Part shown: positions 37,488-52,081 of the stretch, one piece after another | How positions within the stretch are numbered: position 1 is the stretch's first letter | Layout: each line of letters opens with the position of its first letter | Origin: Rotaria socialis | Taxonomy: Eukaryota | Direction of reading: 5' to 3' | Assembly: GCA_905331295.1 (NCBI GenBank) | Contig: CAJNYD010000024.1 | Coordinates: 1 to 64,000 of the forward strand | DNA length: 64,000 nt | Program-made: the position numbers and the translations under genes | Notes under the pieces: model-generated | Seen by the model: only the letters and a program-made list of their open reading frames with translations | Databases searched by the model: none | What the model was told of the DNA's origin: nothing

Positions 37488-39995
37488 TTACTGATGATAT
37501 TGATGATAGAGTGCGAGCGTTGCTTGCGTATCAACATAATCAGTATTGGCTACTGTTGGATTACCCGCTGACCAACTATCATTCGCTGAAGCCCATGCTG
37601 AGCCACCATTATTACTTGCATACGTTCGTCCATCGTTAGTGGCATTGCTAGTTGAATAATCTTGTCCGTCTTGATTGTTATATGTCAATGGTGATGGCTG
37701 TGTATAACGTGCTATTGGATTCGGCACAATTGCACTTGGATTTCTTGTATATGTATCATAGGGCAGTCGATTGTAATCATTCGAATTTGCAATAACCGAT
37801 GTTTTATTTGTTGTTTGATTTGATAAAAATGTGACAATTATAAATTCGATATCATCTGTACATGGATTACAAAACGCATAGGTTGACACTTTCAATGAAA
37901 CATATTCATTATCAATATTCGTACGAAAACGTACGATAATATTTGTTAAATTCGATGATGTATTTGCGAGATTTTTTTGTGTAACTGTTCGTTTAAATAA
38001 ATCTTGAAATTTCATTTGATCTTCTATATGTATTTGATCGTAGAGTACTTTATGTAATAAATCATGACTTTTGTAGCCAATAATCGGTGTACAACGTTGA
38101 TCAATAAATAATATTTCACTTGTATCACTATTACAGCGACATGTAAATTCTGTTGTTAATGAATTTAATGATGATACTGAACCGTTCGTTAAATCATTGA
38201 CATTTGGTAAACATGAATTTTGTATACGAGCTATTGCAATAAATGCCATTTGACCATTGGTATTCGATGATGGAGATGACGATGGATTGTCATGATGTGC
38301 TGATGGATGATGATGAATATTTAAATTTCGAATATAACCACTTATATGAACTACTTCATAGAGCTGACCATCAATTGATGGGCCCAATGATGTACGATGA
38401 CGTCGACGTAATATACATGGATTTATAAATGGATTTTGATGAGTATGATCAATTGGATTTGTTGAACCAACACGAAGTCGACATATAAATGATCGTTTTG
38501 AACTGACTAAAAGAAGAAAATGTTCGATGAAAATACGCTCATCAAATGTCTATGTTAATGAAGTCAAACTTGCCTGATCGAGCACCTGTAGAATGTGCAT
38601 CTTTTTTAATTGTGCCTGTTTTAAGATCCAAAACTCGACCGTTTACATTGGAATTTCCATCTTGTGGTTGCAAATTTAATTGTTCACGAAGTTTTTCAAC
38701 ATCATCAGGATGAACGAAATCTTAAAGATAAAAAAATTTTCTATTATTATTATAAATCAATAGAATATTAATAATATTCATACCATAGAAATATCTTGAA
38801 TACCAATCTTGGCATGTATAAGAAAGTATATGTTGAATAGCATCGCTTACATATATAACACGTAAATTGTCACAATTTAATGCAAATAAAAATGCATCGC
38901 ATGATTCCACCATTAAATATTTTAATTCTTGATCATTAAGAAACGATGGTTTATGTAAATCAACTTGTTGCTGTTGAGACATTTGTGTGGAATTTAATGT
39001 TAATGAATTATTATTTGTTCGTAAATTTTTCATAAATTGTGCAGCCATACGTAATATTGTCAACTTATCGGGTTTACGTGCTAGATTTGAACATGCTGGA
39101 ACCATGTCGCATAGTTCAGCAAAATAAGTTGCCATTTTTATACGACGACGACGTTCAATTTCACAATGATTTTCGCGTGCTTGTTTTTCTTTATCTTCCT
39201 CACCACCTCCTACGCCACCATGTGGATGATTCGTAGGCATTAAAACGTTTGGCATTGAAACACCACGTAAATAGCATTTATTTTCTTCGTCATCATCGTC
39301 ATCATCATCATCAAGATCATCATCATTTGGCTAAAAAGAAATCAAATTCAATCGTAAGTTATAAAACTGTATTTAATCATAAAATATAGAGAATGGAATA
39401 AAAAAAATGTAAGTGGCCCATATTACTACCGAGTACATATTACATCATCGTGGTAAGACGCGAGAACATGATTTCGTACACTCGTAAATGCGCTCGTCGG
39501 ACGAAGGACAATCGCAACTATCTCTAATGTAAAATTCAATAGCTGTCCATTATGATTAAAACGCACCTGTTTTCGTTTTGTATTTGCTTTAGTTGATAAT
39601 GCTATTCCTGGTAGTCTTTCTGAATCAATTGTATTTCGTTTTCGATTCGTTGTTTTACGTGCTGATTCGATTGAGCTCGATGATGATGCAACAGATGGTG
39701 ATGAATTATTAAAATCTGTATGATGTGGATGATTTAATACTGTTGTTGCAGTTGGATAGAAACCAGCCGTTGGTGGAGCATGTAAAAGTTGTTGTGTCGG
39801 CAATGCATGATCGTAATAGTTTTGATATGAACCTATACTTGATGCTGATGACGCCGCGGCTGCAGCTACAGCAGCTGCAGCATAAGCAACATTAGTATTT
39901 GGATTAAGATATGGATGTTGAATAATAGCTCCCGATGGATTTGTTGTTTCATCATTTGAAGTTATAACTTCATTTCCGTAATTTACAGAGGACAT
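37488..39995 (-). CDS. ARNT: bHLH-PAS transcription factor ARNT/tango
   Basis: ARENHCEIERRRRIKM...LARKPDKLTILRMA, HKPSFLNDQELKYL, PAS-A and PAS-B (FCNPCTDDIEFII); multi-exon. Confidence 0.93.
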
Positions 39996-40537
39996 AATTG
40001 GAAACAAAAACCAAAAGAAAAAAAAACTAATTAATGTCGATAGAAGAACGAAAAACGGCTAACATCAACTTTATCTAAAATAGAAAAAACAAATTAATCA
40101 TAGACGATAATTTTTCCTAATGAAAACAGAAGACATGTTGTTCCTGATTTTGTTTTATTTCTTTTTTGTATTTGTTATTACTATCATACTTTTTTTTTCT
40201 TCTTTGGCATTATTTTTCTTTTTTGGTAATCTATCACGGTTCTTTGGAAAAAAAAAGTTCGCACACAAAGTAAAATTTCATAGACGGTATGACAATATCG
40301 CGCAAGATATAAAAGAAAGAAAAAAGCAACAAATTAACGTTTTCCTATATACACCGGGCTGTTATTTTCTTTTTAGTTTATACGAAGAAAAATAACAATA
40401 ATAATAATATGGATTTATCGAATATCTATGTGCGTGTGTGTGTGTATGGGTGTGTGTATATGAATTCATCTTGCGTATATGTCAGATTAATAATAACAGA
40501 TATATTTAAAAAAAATTCTACGCTGTTTAAAATTTGT

Positions 40538-42163
40538 CTAGATAATTGGATATGCATGATAATTTGAATTGGACACAATAGATGCTTTAGTTTTTCCATA
40601 ATGATTATCATGATCATAATTATTTGGATCATTCGGCGAATTATCTCCTTGTTGTCCTGTACCATTATCAACTATGGCATTGTTAGCATTGACACCTCCA
40701 GATGTATAATAAGGGTTATACTCATAAGCACCAACACCACCACCGCCACCATAGACTATAGAAAGTGAAAAAAAAGAGCAAAACATAAGGACGAAAAATA
40801 ATAGTTCGATAACAAACCATTGGGATCTGCTGCGTAGACATTTGATGTTGCATGAGTAGCACCATAACCATAATGAGGATAGTATTCATTAGGATTGGCT
40901 GCATTTGATGGGCCATAGGAATATTGAGAATTCGACTGTTGGGAATATTGAGGATACGATAATGTCACTGAATTTGGAATGCCTACTGGATCAGAACCGC
41001 CATAAGAATAGTTTCCTTGATTACCTGATTGATTGTATTGATAACTATTCCATGTTGCATAACTAGAATTAAATATTTGATTTTTTTCAATAATTCTAGC
41101 AATTACATATTATCTATGAACTATATATCAAAACCTTGCTCTGAATCACAGGGATACTTTAAATCAGTCGATTTCATTAATATCAAATGATGAAGTAGTA
41201 CTTTAGCCTTCACTATGACAGGTAAGATGTGCACTTTCTTTAAATATTAGTTTAAAATCGTAATAAATCATTTCTTACGGATCAACATTAGAATAAGCAT
41301 TAACCCCATATGATGGAACACCAGTTCCATAATTAGCATAGATATTTTGTTGTCCATAGGAATCATAAATTTGTTGATGTTGTTGTTGATTATTTAAAGT
41401 TTTTGGTTTTGCACGTTTGACGTCGACAGTTTTATCTCCAATCGTATGTCTTTGTAATCGAAGTACTTCTTGAGCTGATTGTTCATTTTGAAATGAAATA
41501 AAACAAAATGGGCGTCGTTCATTTTTTTCTTTATCAAATGGTAAATCAATATCTAAGAAAAGCAAATGTTCAATAGATTTTTGAGATTTTAGTTTTTCTT
41601 CTTACCATCAATTGTACCAAATTTTGAAAAATATTCACGTAATTGTACATCAGAAAAATTCGGATCGAGACCACCAATGAATACTTTACGATTATTATTT
41701 GATATTGAATTTGATGATGATGATGATGATGACGTTGCTGACATATGATTATTATTTGTCGCAGCCAACCGACGATGTGCAGGTTTAGGATCGACTTTTC
41801 TACCTTTGACAAAATGTTCATTTTGTGAAAGAATTTTATCGACAATATCTTTTCTATCAAAGACAAGAAAAGCGAAACCACGACTACGTCCTGTTGTTGG
41901 ATCATGTTTAATTGAGCAATCAAGAATATTACCAAAACTAGAAAAATATTCGCGTAAATCATCTTGGGTTGTATCCCATGTTAAACCGCCTAAAACAAAT
42001 GAAGAAAACCTCGTTTTTTTCTCGCTCCCTATGAATATGAATGAAAAAAAGAACTATATATATTACCAACAAATAATTTTCTATCATCTTCGGGTTTCTG
42101 ACCATTAGCTTCAGGCATGGGTGATGTTTGCCCATCACCATTATTAGAATTAATTGTTGTCAT
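40538..42163 (-). CDS. hnRNP A/B/D (squid-like) two-RRM protein with Y/G/N-rich tail
   Basis: DDRKLFV|GGLTWDTTQDDLREYFS, RSRGFAFLVF, second RRM KVFIGGLD...RRPFCFISF. Confidence 0.9.
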
Positions 42164-43312
42164 TTGAAACTAGGTACAAAAAAATGTATTAAAAGTGTCA
42201 AAATTTCACTGATAGTGTTCAGTTTTTATTGTATCCATGAAAATAACTGTTCAAGATAAAAATACTTACATAGTATATTAAATGAATTTATTCGTTAATG
42301 TAAAAGGGAAGTTGAACTGAGAACTGAAAATTGAACAATGACAAATACTTAAGTCTGAAATAAGAAAATATAACAGCACACAAAAACAAACAAACGATAG
42401 AAACCTATTAATAAACAATGAAAAAAAACATTTAGGAAAGTTTTGTTTATTAAGTTCTATTCGTATCGATAAATTGTCTATGAAGATATAAACCGATTAT
42501 ACGACGGGAGATTTTCATAGATCGTTGATATTGATTAATGTATAGACATTGAGAAATATGTCAACACAAATGAACCAACAATTTTTTTTTTCATGGTCAT
42601 ATGTTGTCACTGTGTGTGATGGCCATGATAGAATTCTTTAATTGGACTCGCTTATGATGTGTTTTGTATAATTAATCAGTCAAATTTTCAATAAATAGAA
42701 ATCGAAGACAATAATATACAAAATAAAATTTTAATTATTTCAATAAAATAAATAATGTAACTTATCAGCCTTAATTTAATTAAGGTTAACACGTTGTCCG
42801 GTAGATGTCGCTACTTACCACCATTCGGAGTTATGTAGAGATGAAGAAATTGCTCATAAATAATCAGAATTTTATTTTGCGATATCGATTAAAAAAATGA
42901 AGCGTGCAATTTAAACATACGCAATGGACATAGGTTGTATTCATTTTTATTTTAGTTACAAATCAACTACTATATTTGTATATATATATATATATATATC
43001 CTTGATAGATCTAGATTTGCTATTCAATTAACACAAATAAAACGTACATAGAAAAAGTAATATTCATTACGACCAAAAATCAAAAAGAAACAACTAATTC
43101 TACACAAATGCTTATATCAAAAAATTCTGATATGAAAGCTGTTTCAGTGTATTTCATAAAGTAATTAGGTGTACTTGCTGAGGTATATTGTAGGATTCAA
43201 TGGTAATATAGTAGTATCATAAGTAGTTCGTAACTGTTTTTAGGCATTGGACGGAATAATACTAAAAAAAAATCATTTGTAAATATAATTTCAGTAGAAT
43301 AGTAAACATACA

Positions 43313-44572
43313 TTAAAAGTCAGTTATATATTCGCCTTGATTCAAAGGACTAGAAGAAAAAGCAACGCATGCTTTAATTTTTATTTTATTTAGTACACTT
43401 ACTTGATACGTGTAATATGATGATTCATAACTTCTTGTACATTAGCATTTGAATAAAGTGATATAGGTGAATTAAATTGACGATGAATAAGATTTGCTGG
43501 TGGTGTTTGAGTCGGTGGTGGACTATAGAATTGTTTTTGAACATGAGGATTTATTTGAACATTTTTCTGATAGGAAGGTATATATCGATCAGAATCATTA
43601 GTAAACGGTTCTTTCCATGATGGTTTATCATATGAATTCTGATAAGTTTCTGTTGTTGATATTGCTCTACTACGATTATTATATGTTGGACCTGGATAAA
43701 CAAAACGAACTGGGGAATACGACGAATTCTCCTGTGAATTGAATCGATCCGTATGAAACGATGGTTGTGGTACATAGCCACGTGTCTTTGTTGATACCGA
43801 TGGAACTGGGCCAGGCATCATGGGACTACCTGTTTGACTAAACGACACACACACACACAAAATAGAAAACAATAATTATAAATGTTGATATAAAATCAAT
43901 GCTCTACATACCTAAGCAATGGTTTAGGCTCAGGTATTCTTTCCAATGGTCGATTTCGAAAAAATGACTAAGAAGAAAAATTGAAATGAAATATGACATA
44001 GCAATTTGAAACAATTCTATACCATAGGACTAAGTTGATGTGTGGGCGATGACCAAGAAGTATTTAAATTTGTATTTGTATTTGTATTTGAATTTGAATT
44101 TGCATTTGACCATGGTACCGCTGACATTGAACGTTGATTTTGTACAACTGGTGCCTGAGGATGTAGATGAGATCCTCTGTGAAAACAAAAAAGACTGAAG
44201 ATTAAACAAATATTATTTTTCTTCTGTTGTTTGAACCTTTCTATAAGAAATGCTATTTGACCACCAGCTTTTTGTATTAATTCAAGTGCATCTGCATGAA
44301 TCATATAACTAATTGGTTTTTGATTTATTTCAAGAATAATATCACCACGTTGAAGATTTCCATCAGCTGGACTACCAGCAATAAGCTAAATTACAGAGAG
44401 AAAAAAAGACAAAATTTGATGTAGATTAAATTTTATTTTGGTTTTCGTTTTTATCTACTTTGTTAACAATAAATGGCGTTCGAAAATCAGCTCCACCTTG
44501 TAAACGAAAACCCCATGCAGTATGCAAACTATCTCGTTGTAGAGTAACCTTGATCGTTTGTGTTGTTGCCAT
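43313..44572 (-). CDS. PDZ + ZM-motif protein (Zasp/PDLIM family) without LIM domain
   Basis: AWGFRLQGGADFRTPF PDZ domain, ZM motif LIHRQFNSPISLYSNANV, stop shortly after. Confidence 0.85.
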
Positions 44573-45481
44573 TAGCTGCTAGTCGTAGAGATTTATGTCT
44601 AACACCCTTCTGTTTTTCCTATGTCTATTTATCATAGAATAGGAAATCATTCTTTTTTGCCGTTATCCCTATTTGAACTTTTCTCTCGTTGTATTTTCCT
44701 ATCTAAACAACAATTTATCTCTTGCTGTCGGATATCCTTTAATCACTCCTATCGGATATATTATATATATATTGACTGTCTTCAGAAAATAGTACAACAT
44801 CACATTGAGGATAGAAAGATAAAATTCATTTTCGTCGTTCTCCTCCTACTTTTATCAATAGTCAATAACGTTTGCGTTTGCTATCCCGCATAGATCGACT
44901 TCTGAGAAATGATATCATGTGCAGGATTAATAATAACAATAACAGCAACAACAACAATGAGAATGACGACGTAAATATATTCTCTGTCTCTCGCTCTGAG
45001 ATCGATAATCTCAGTTGCACGTATCGTTTCATAGCTATATTATCAATAACGTAAATAAAACAATTACAAATCGAACTCAGTTAAACATCTTGTTATCTCG
45101 TATGTTGACTGTATGCATAAATAAATTCATCTGCTACTTTAGTCAATATAATTGATATACTACTCTCAATTGACTAATTAATTATGTTTAAAAATAAATT
45201 AGTAGAGTAAGTTTGCCATCTAATCAATAAATAACGAGACATTCGACATAAATGTCACCTATTGAATTGAATTATTCAATAATTCTATGTAAGCAAAAGA
45301 ATCTTGAATCGATTTTCTAGTCAATAGAAAATATGAGGTAAGAAAGAAAAGCATTGATTTTTATTTTAAAATTAAAAATAAGATAAGTGAATCATAAAAT
45401 GTTTGTTGATAGTTTTAATATACAGTTCGCTGTTCGGAAGAATTATTTGGATTTTGACTGTTTTAATCTAAGTAGATAGTT

Positions 45482-48400
45482 TTATTGTATTGTACAAATT
45501 GTTGAATTAGTTTCATTATTTAGAAGTATTTTGTTTTGTTCATTTCGTCTTTGATATTTATTCAATTTTATCGCTCGTTTCCAACGTAATCGACTTGGAT
45601 TCAGAGTGCGATTATTACTAGCTTGATCGTCGTCCTGATTCAATTTCGATGTACTGCTACGGGCCAATCGATCAGTACGATTCAGTTGATCAGTTAGTGA
45701 TGGTCGTTGAAATGAAATCGCATTCATTCGGCTAAAGAATGGTGAACATTTTTGATTAACACGATACGAAAGTGAAGTATTGTTTTGTCTCAATGCCAAT
45801 TTTTCATAATAGTCATTCCACTAAAGAAAAAGTAAAAGAATTGCTTTTTTCTTCCATCCGTAGTTGATCACGAAAAAAATAGGAGAGTTCACTAGTCATT
45901 TTTAACTCACATATTTTAGTCTGTCTGGATTATTTTGTTCAATATCATTTAGATATTCTTGTTCTTCTTTGCCAAATAAATAAATTTCCATAAGATTATC
46001 TTTATTTTCCATATTTGTTGGTTTTAACTTCGTTCCAGAACTAAATGTAATTGCTGACAAAGATCTATGAAGTCCAGCATGATCGTGATTGGTTTCCCAT
46101 TTTCGACATAGTTGCTATAAAGAAAAAGAACAAAATTTATGAAACAACAAAACCAAAATATTTAAACTTTACTTGAATACTTTTTTGTTTTTGTTCGAGA
46201 CGAGTATATTTTCTATGAAGAAGTGTTAGTTCAAGTTTCAATTTGGGATCATTCAGTAAGCTTATATTTGAATAATTAGAATGGATTGATGTATTGTCCG
46301 CTCGATTCTGTTCAATAATTTTTAATTCCTAGTAGAGAACAAATTTGATTTATAGTTTTTGTGGAAAACTGAATTTTCTCTATACTCGAGTTGTAAGCTT
46401 AAATAGATCAGTGCCAGATTTTTTCTCATCTTGTAAAGCAAATATTTGCAATACAATACAACCGTTATCAAAAAAATTCAACCAATTCTATTAGCAAGAA
46501 AATAAAAGTGAGATGAAGAAATTCATTGTCTAGAATTTACATTATCAATATTAGGTATGGTTTTAATACGTGATTGATTTATACGAGCACGCAATGCATG
46601 TTGGCATATAATTTTAGTTTCAGTAAATTTGAATTCATTATAAATTTTATAACGTATACGAAGGCATTTACTGTAATGTTCATCATTGATTTCAATATGA
46701 TTTATGGTTATCTATAGAAATGTGTCTTTTAAATAACATCGAAAAGATAATGATTTACTTTGAAATTGTATGGTTTATTAAGAAGTTCATCGGGTTGATC
46801 AATAAATTTTTCTTTCGTTAAAGCATCACCATTTGGCAAACATGGACTTAGATTAACACTAAGACATCCTTGTTCCAAACACTTAAAGTTGTTTTTAAAA
46901 AAAAAATATCGAGATAATTCTAAAAGTCTATTTTATACTGCTTACTTTATGATCAAAAATACTAATTTCATCGGCGAAATCCATACAATACATCAAACTT
47001 TGAAGAAATACATTAGCAGTACCAATAAGAACATCTTCCAGTGGATCCCAAAATCTAATCAAATTATAGCAAAAGTTAAACAGATAACATTTATTTTAGT
47101 TTCTTACGGATCATCTTCTTTGGAAATGTATAAAATATCTTCTTTTCCATCGAGAAATTTTTGATAATGATCCTAAAAACAAAATAGCTTTTGAATAATT
47201 TGCTTTTCAATAGACTAATATTTTACTTTAATGATGTAGATTCGATTAAGAAATTTAACATCATCCCAAAACCAAACATTATTAGTAACAATATTTTTCA
47301 TTCTAACCAACAATCTTAAAAAAATGAAAAAACAATCAATTTTGATGATTTATTTATGTTCTTCTTACTTTGAACCTTGTACTGGTATTCCTTCCCAGGA
47401 GGATAGTGGGATAAGAATAATTTCAAATAATCGATATTTATTAAGTTCTTCACTAATTAAATTAGCTTCCGAAATTAATGGTAGCAAATTTAAAACTTTT
47501 TGTTCAAGATCTTCTTGTTCAATCATTGTATTATCTGCCAATAATAAACCTTTTGCTTTCGCAATATCCTTTTGAGCATATTCCCATGTTATTATCTTCG
47601 ATATATCCGATACAGATTCTTGTCCAACTAATGGATTACAAAATACGTATAAATGATTTGCACCAAATAAAATACGATCATTATGTTGAAGATACGCAAT
47701 TCTAAATAATCAAGCGAACAAATATTAGAGCAATCCCTCGCTAATCATAGAGATATTCTATTGATTTACCCATTTAAATTATAACCGTTGACTTTAATTC
47801 TTGCCGTTGGTTCAGCTGGACTTAATTCATATTTGTTCATATCAATATGCCGAATAATAGCGTGCCGTTCAAATATACTTAAACCATTTATATATATTGT
47901 ACAATTTCGACTACCAATGGTTATTTCGTCTGTACTTAAATAATGATAGATAACATAGGATAATATTGGATCTTCATGTAAATTAACAAGAAATGGATAT
48001 GTATGATCGACTTGTGATGTTTTAAATGACATCAATGAGTATATCTTCTCTAATTGAGCATGTTGAAGCTACATAGAAAAATTAATTAGTAGAGAATGAC
48101 TAGTAAAATGTTCCTTGGAAATAATCGATAGCACATGATGACTAAATGAAAATGTTACAGAAGCATGTGTTGTAAAACCCCTTAAAATCTTCAGTTTTTC
48201 CCAAGAAAGATACAAAAACTCAAATCTCATAATCATAGTCGAGTGTTAGCATCAACCATTTTCATTGCAATACCTTAACATCCCATGGTAATTTTGAATC
48301 TTGTAAAGTTTTTTCATTATTTTCAATTTGTCCATTAATATTCTCTTCCGTTTGTTGTCTAATTACTTCGATTTCTTGTGATGACATACTAGGTTTGACA

Positions 48401-50644
48401 TCTAATTGTAAATTATAATTTCCTGTTTCAATTAATAATTTAAAGCGTTGATTTTCTTCCTATTATTAAGGTTAAAAATAAAATAAAGCTCTAATTTCTA
48501 TTCAATTTACTTTTAATTGAAGAATAAATTTATCAAATGCAACTTCATTTATGCTGACAAAATTTTTAATACTTTTAACACGATCAGCAAAAACCAATGT
48601 GTTCAATGTTTCATGGTAATTAACGTCGGCAGGTGATAAAGTAGCAAGCATTATTGTTTTACTATTGCCTCCGAGTGAATTTTGAATTAACTTTGTTAAT
48701 GTTGATTCTCGATATGGTACAAAGCTTTTTTGTTTTACTCCTGACGATCTATCGGCCAATGCAGATATGACATTTTCAAATGTTGATAAGGATCGATTAA
48801 TATTTGTTCGCTCATTTAATCGATCACCAGATATTCCTGGATTAGTAAGTGTTTCTGAACCTTCAGAAACAAATTAAAAACAGAGAAAATAAATATTTAT
48901 TTGCATAGTAAAATTATTTCTTACCAGCTAAATCAATAAAATGCATAGTACTCATTCGTTTTATTTCATCATCATCAATTTGAATTATTTGATCGAGATG
49001 AATCGTAACAATTGTGTGTGCTCGACTGCTTGTACGATTCATGTTTGTTGAAGCTATTGTTCGATTTTGTATTCCTTCGCTTAAAAGACGTTCAACATCT
49101 TCATAATTATCCACCGGTATAGCAAGAAGATCTTGTGGATAGTAATAGCCAAATGTTGGATGTTGTCGAACAGTAAGACCTTAGGAAATATTTCTTTATT
49201 CAATTTATTTTTAGATTTTAAAGTTTCTACGTACATGCATTTGGCATCTTTTTCGAGAGTAAATCGCGAGCTTGTTCATTGTATACTTCCATCATTGATA
49301 ATGTGACTTCAAAATGCTAGAATGAATTTTACATTCAAAGACTACGGAGCGATGTGGTGATGCTTAAACGGAGAAGCCGCGCGCATTGTTGATTTAAGCT
49401 GTTACTGTCATCTACTATATATACAATATAGTTTTGATGAGAATACTCAATTAGTGTATTGTTTATCACATGGTGATATACGTCTTTTAGCAACTTGATT
49501 TCGTTGTGTTGAAAAACATACAATTCTCAAAGGAGACCCATTGTTACCAATGAATCTCTTTTATGTTGGAAACAACATGCGATATTATAATTTCTCGTAC
49601 GATTCATCATTTGGCTTTTGTTCTAAATATAGCAGACTAGTATTTTAGGTGACTGTCGATTTTTAGCATAGTCTAGACGTGAAGATCCCGATTTATTCTC
49701 AAAATTTCATAGAATTGTAATTCAACTATACGTACAGTATGAGAATCTTTCTTATTTTCAATTTCGTCGAATAATTCATCACATGTGATTGGTATTAGTC
49801 CCCTAGTGAAAACAAAAAACTCTATGATTATTTCTTATTGAATCAGATTGAATCTGATACCGATTAACGCCATAACCAATCATTGAATAACTTTTGCCAG
49901 ATCCTGTCTGGCCATAGGCAAATACGGAACAATTGAATCCTAAGAAAAACAAAACAAAATAAAATCTAGCTCTTGATTTGAAATTCACTGTACCGCTGAA
50001 TGCATTTTTCAATAAATCTCGACCGAAATCATCGAAAAGTTTTCGTTGAGAATTATACGACGATGAAATGTCATCACCTTGAAAGATTGCTGAAGGAGCT
50101 TGAATGAAACCATCATGTGACCTGAAACAATGCATTTTGAATTTCGTTTCGAAATCTCTTTTAACTTACCAGTACGTATAATCAAACGAGAACTATGAAA
50201 TATAACGAAGGTTGTTAGTTCTTTTTTCTAGTTTTAATCAATATATGCATAAATACTCACTTGTTTTCGTTCGCCTATAAAAAAATTTGATAAAAGAAAA
50301 AGATTTCATAATTATTATTTACACATATTTCGAGACCATCATCTCGATTTCATTAAGAAAACGTTCGTTGGTCTCCTGTAGCCCTACTGTTAATTAGAAT
50401 ACATACGTGATAATAGTGGATCCATAATAGATATGGTTTTTCCATCCATGCCAATAATCGATTTCGCATGTCGATCCTTTTCTCTATCGATTATAATTCT
50501 AATGTTTTTTGGAAAATAACTATCTATTTACTTTACCGTTGATTGAATGGTCGAAGTCGTACAGCAACTTGAATCCTAGTAGTTTGAAAAATGATGTAAG
50601 TTACTATTCGAAATCCGAAATGCGACTTACAGTTCTTCACACAT
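45482..50644 (-). CDS. Kinesin-3 family motor (KIF28/KLP-6-like)
   Basis: IQVAVRLRPFNQR, FAYGQTGSGKSY, NRTSSRAH, FIDLAG, VPYRESTLT, SLGGNSKT, FHA region (PFLVNLHEDPILS); many short introns. Confidence 0.9.
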
Positions 50645-52081
50645 CGTAATTTTTATGGCGAGTCTCCAGTCAGAAATGTTTCAATATGATAATTTCTCAA
50701 GAGTGAACAACGGCGGCTGATGAAAAATGTAGAATATATATATATGAGAAAGAGGAAAACATATGAAATCAGAAGAAAATACAATAGTAATAAAGAAAAA
50801 TCTCATTGGTACTTTTCATTTTAAGAAACCGCGAATATTCTAACAAGAAGAAAAACAGATTTTCAGTTACTTTCTACTGACGCTATCGAGAACCCAAAAG
50901 CCTATTGGTAGATAATATTATAATTCTCTACAAAAAATATGCAGAAATAAATATATTAAAACAATTCATTCTCTTCTTTTTCCTGAGCTTTCTCTTTGAA
51001 GTAAAAATCACGATCCAGAGAAAAAAATCGGAAACGATAACAGTGCTAGCATGTTTATATGTTGATTATAACCATCGGCAGTATACTAAATCATGAATGA
51101 AGAAATCCGTTATGAGAAGATTTAGCATAATTTAACTGGATATCAAAGGTTTCAATCATCAATTTCAGTCTACGGCACGGCTTAATAACTAGATCATCTT
51201 AATTGTATGAACTTTTTAGCAACAGGAGTATCTCTTGGTGATGATTGTGTCTTACGAACAAGAAAGACTGCGATGGCATACATGTGAAGAACATCAACAT
51301 AGTATGAATCCTACTCGCATAGAAGAAACCAATGGAATGGAGTAGTATTACTTGATCTTTCAAAATAAAGCTTAATAATGAAAACAACAACAGAATGGTT
51401 ATTCCGTATCACTACCAGAAAAAATTAGCATTACACAGCACGCAACCAGAATTCCAGAATAAAGCGCATGCCATAATCAAAGAAACCAGAACACCCAAAA
51501 AAATCTTTGCTTGTTGAGTTTTCCCAGAGTGGAACATACACATTTTGTGTAGCTATATGTTGATTTGTATATACGAATTGAATGTTCGAGATACAATGAT
51601 GTACCTGTCCCCAAACCGTTATACGTATAGGGGGTCTTACTTCGCACACTTGTGAAACTTTCATGGTACCAGCACGCATGGCTACAGTCCAGTCAATCGT
51701 CAAGTACAGTTGCCAGTTAGTACTGTTGAGTGTACGCTGAAAGAAAATGCAATTCGACTATTACAACAAAGATGAAATGTTATTCTCAAGTGTATCAGTC
51801 ATGCAAAGTTCAAATACTGATAAATGACTTCTAATTGTATCTCGATTATATTTATATAAGCGGTGGTAAAACATAACGGTTGGCGTAAGTTCTACGCCAA
51901 CATAAAAGATTTGGTTTTACAATAAAAACGAAATTGTGATTTTCTCAAGTACTTGTCTCGAGTCAACCTAATGCAATGATAGAAAAGCCGAAGACAAAAA
52001 GTTTTTTTGCTGGTTTAATTACAAAAAATTGTTACACGATTTATAAAGAAAACAACCGTGCGAAATCAAATTTCAACGAAA

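Noticed and set aside
41220..41232. U1 snRNA gene (CTTACCTG)
   Set aside because: No U1A loop (ATTGCAC) or canonical Sm site downstream; kept only as part of the structured-intron finding
51199..51740. Possible exon of a secreted-protein gene
   Set aside because: Stops follow in all frames and no family can be assigned; possibly a pseudogene fragment
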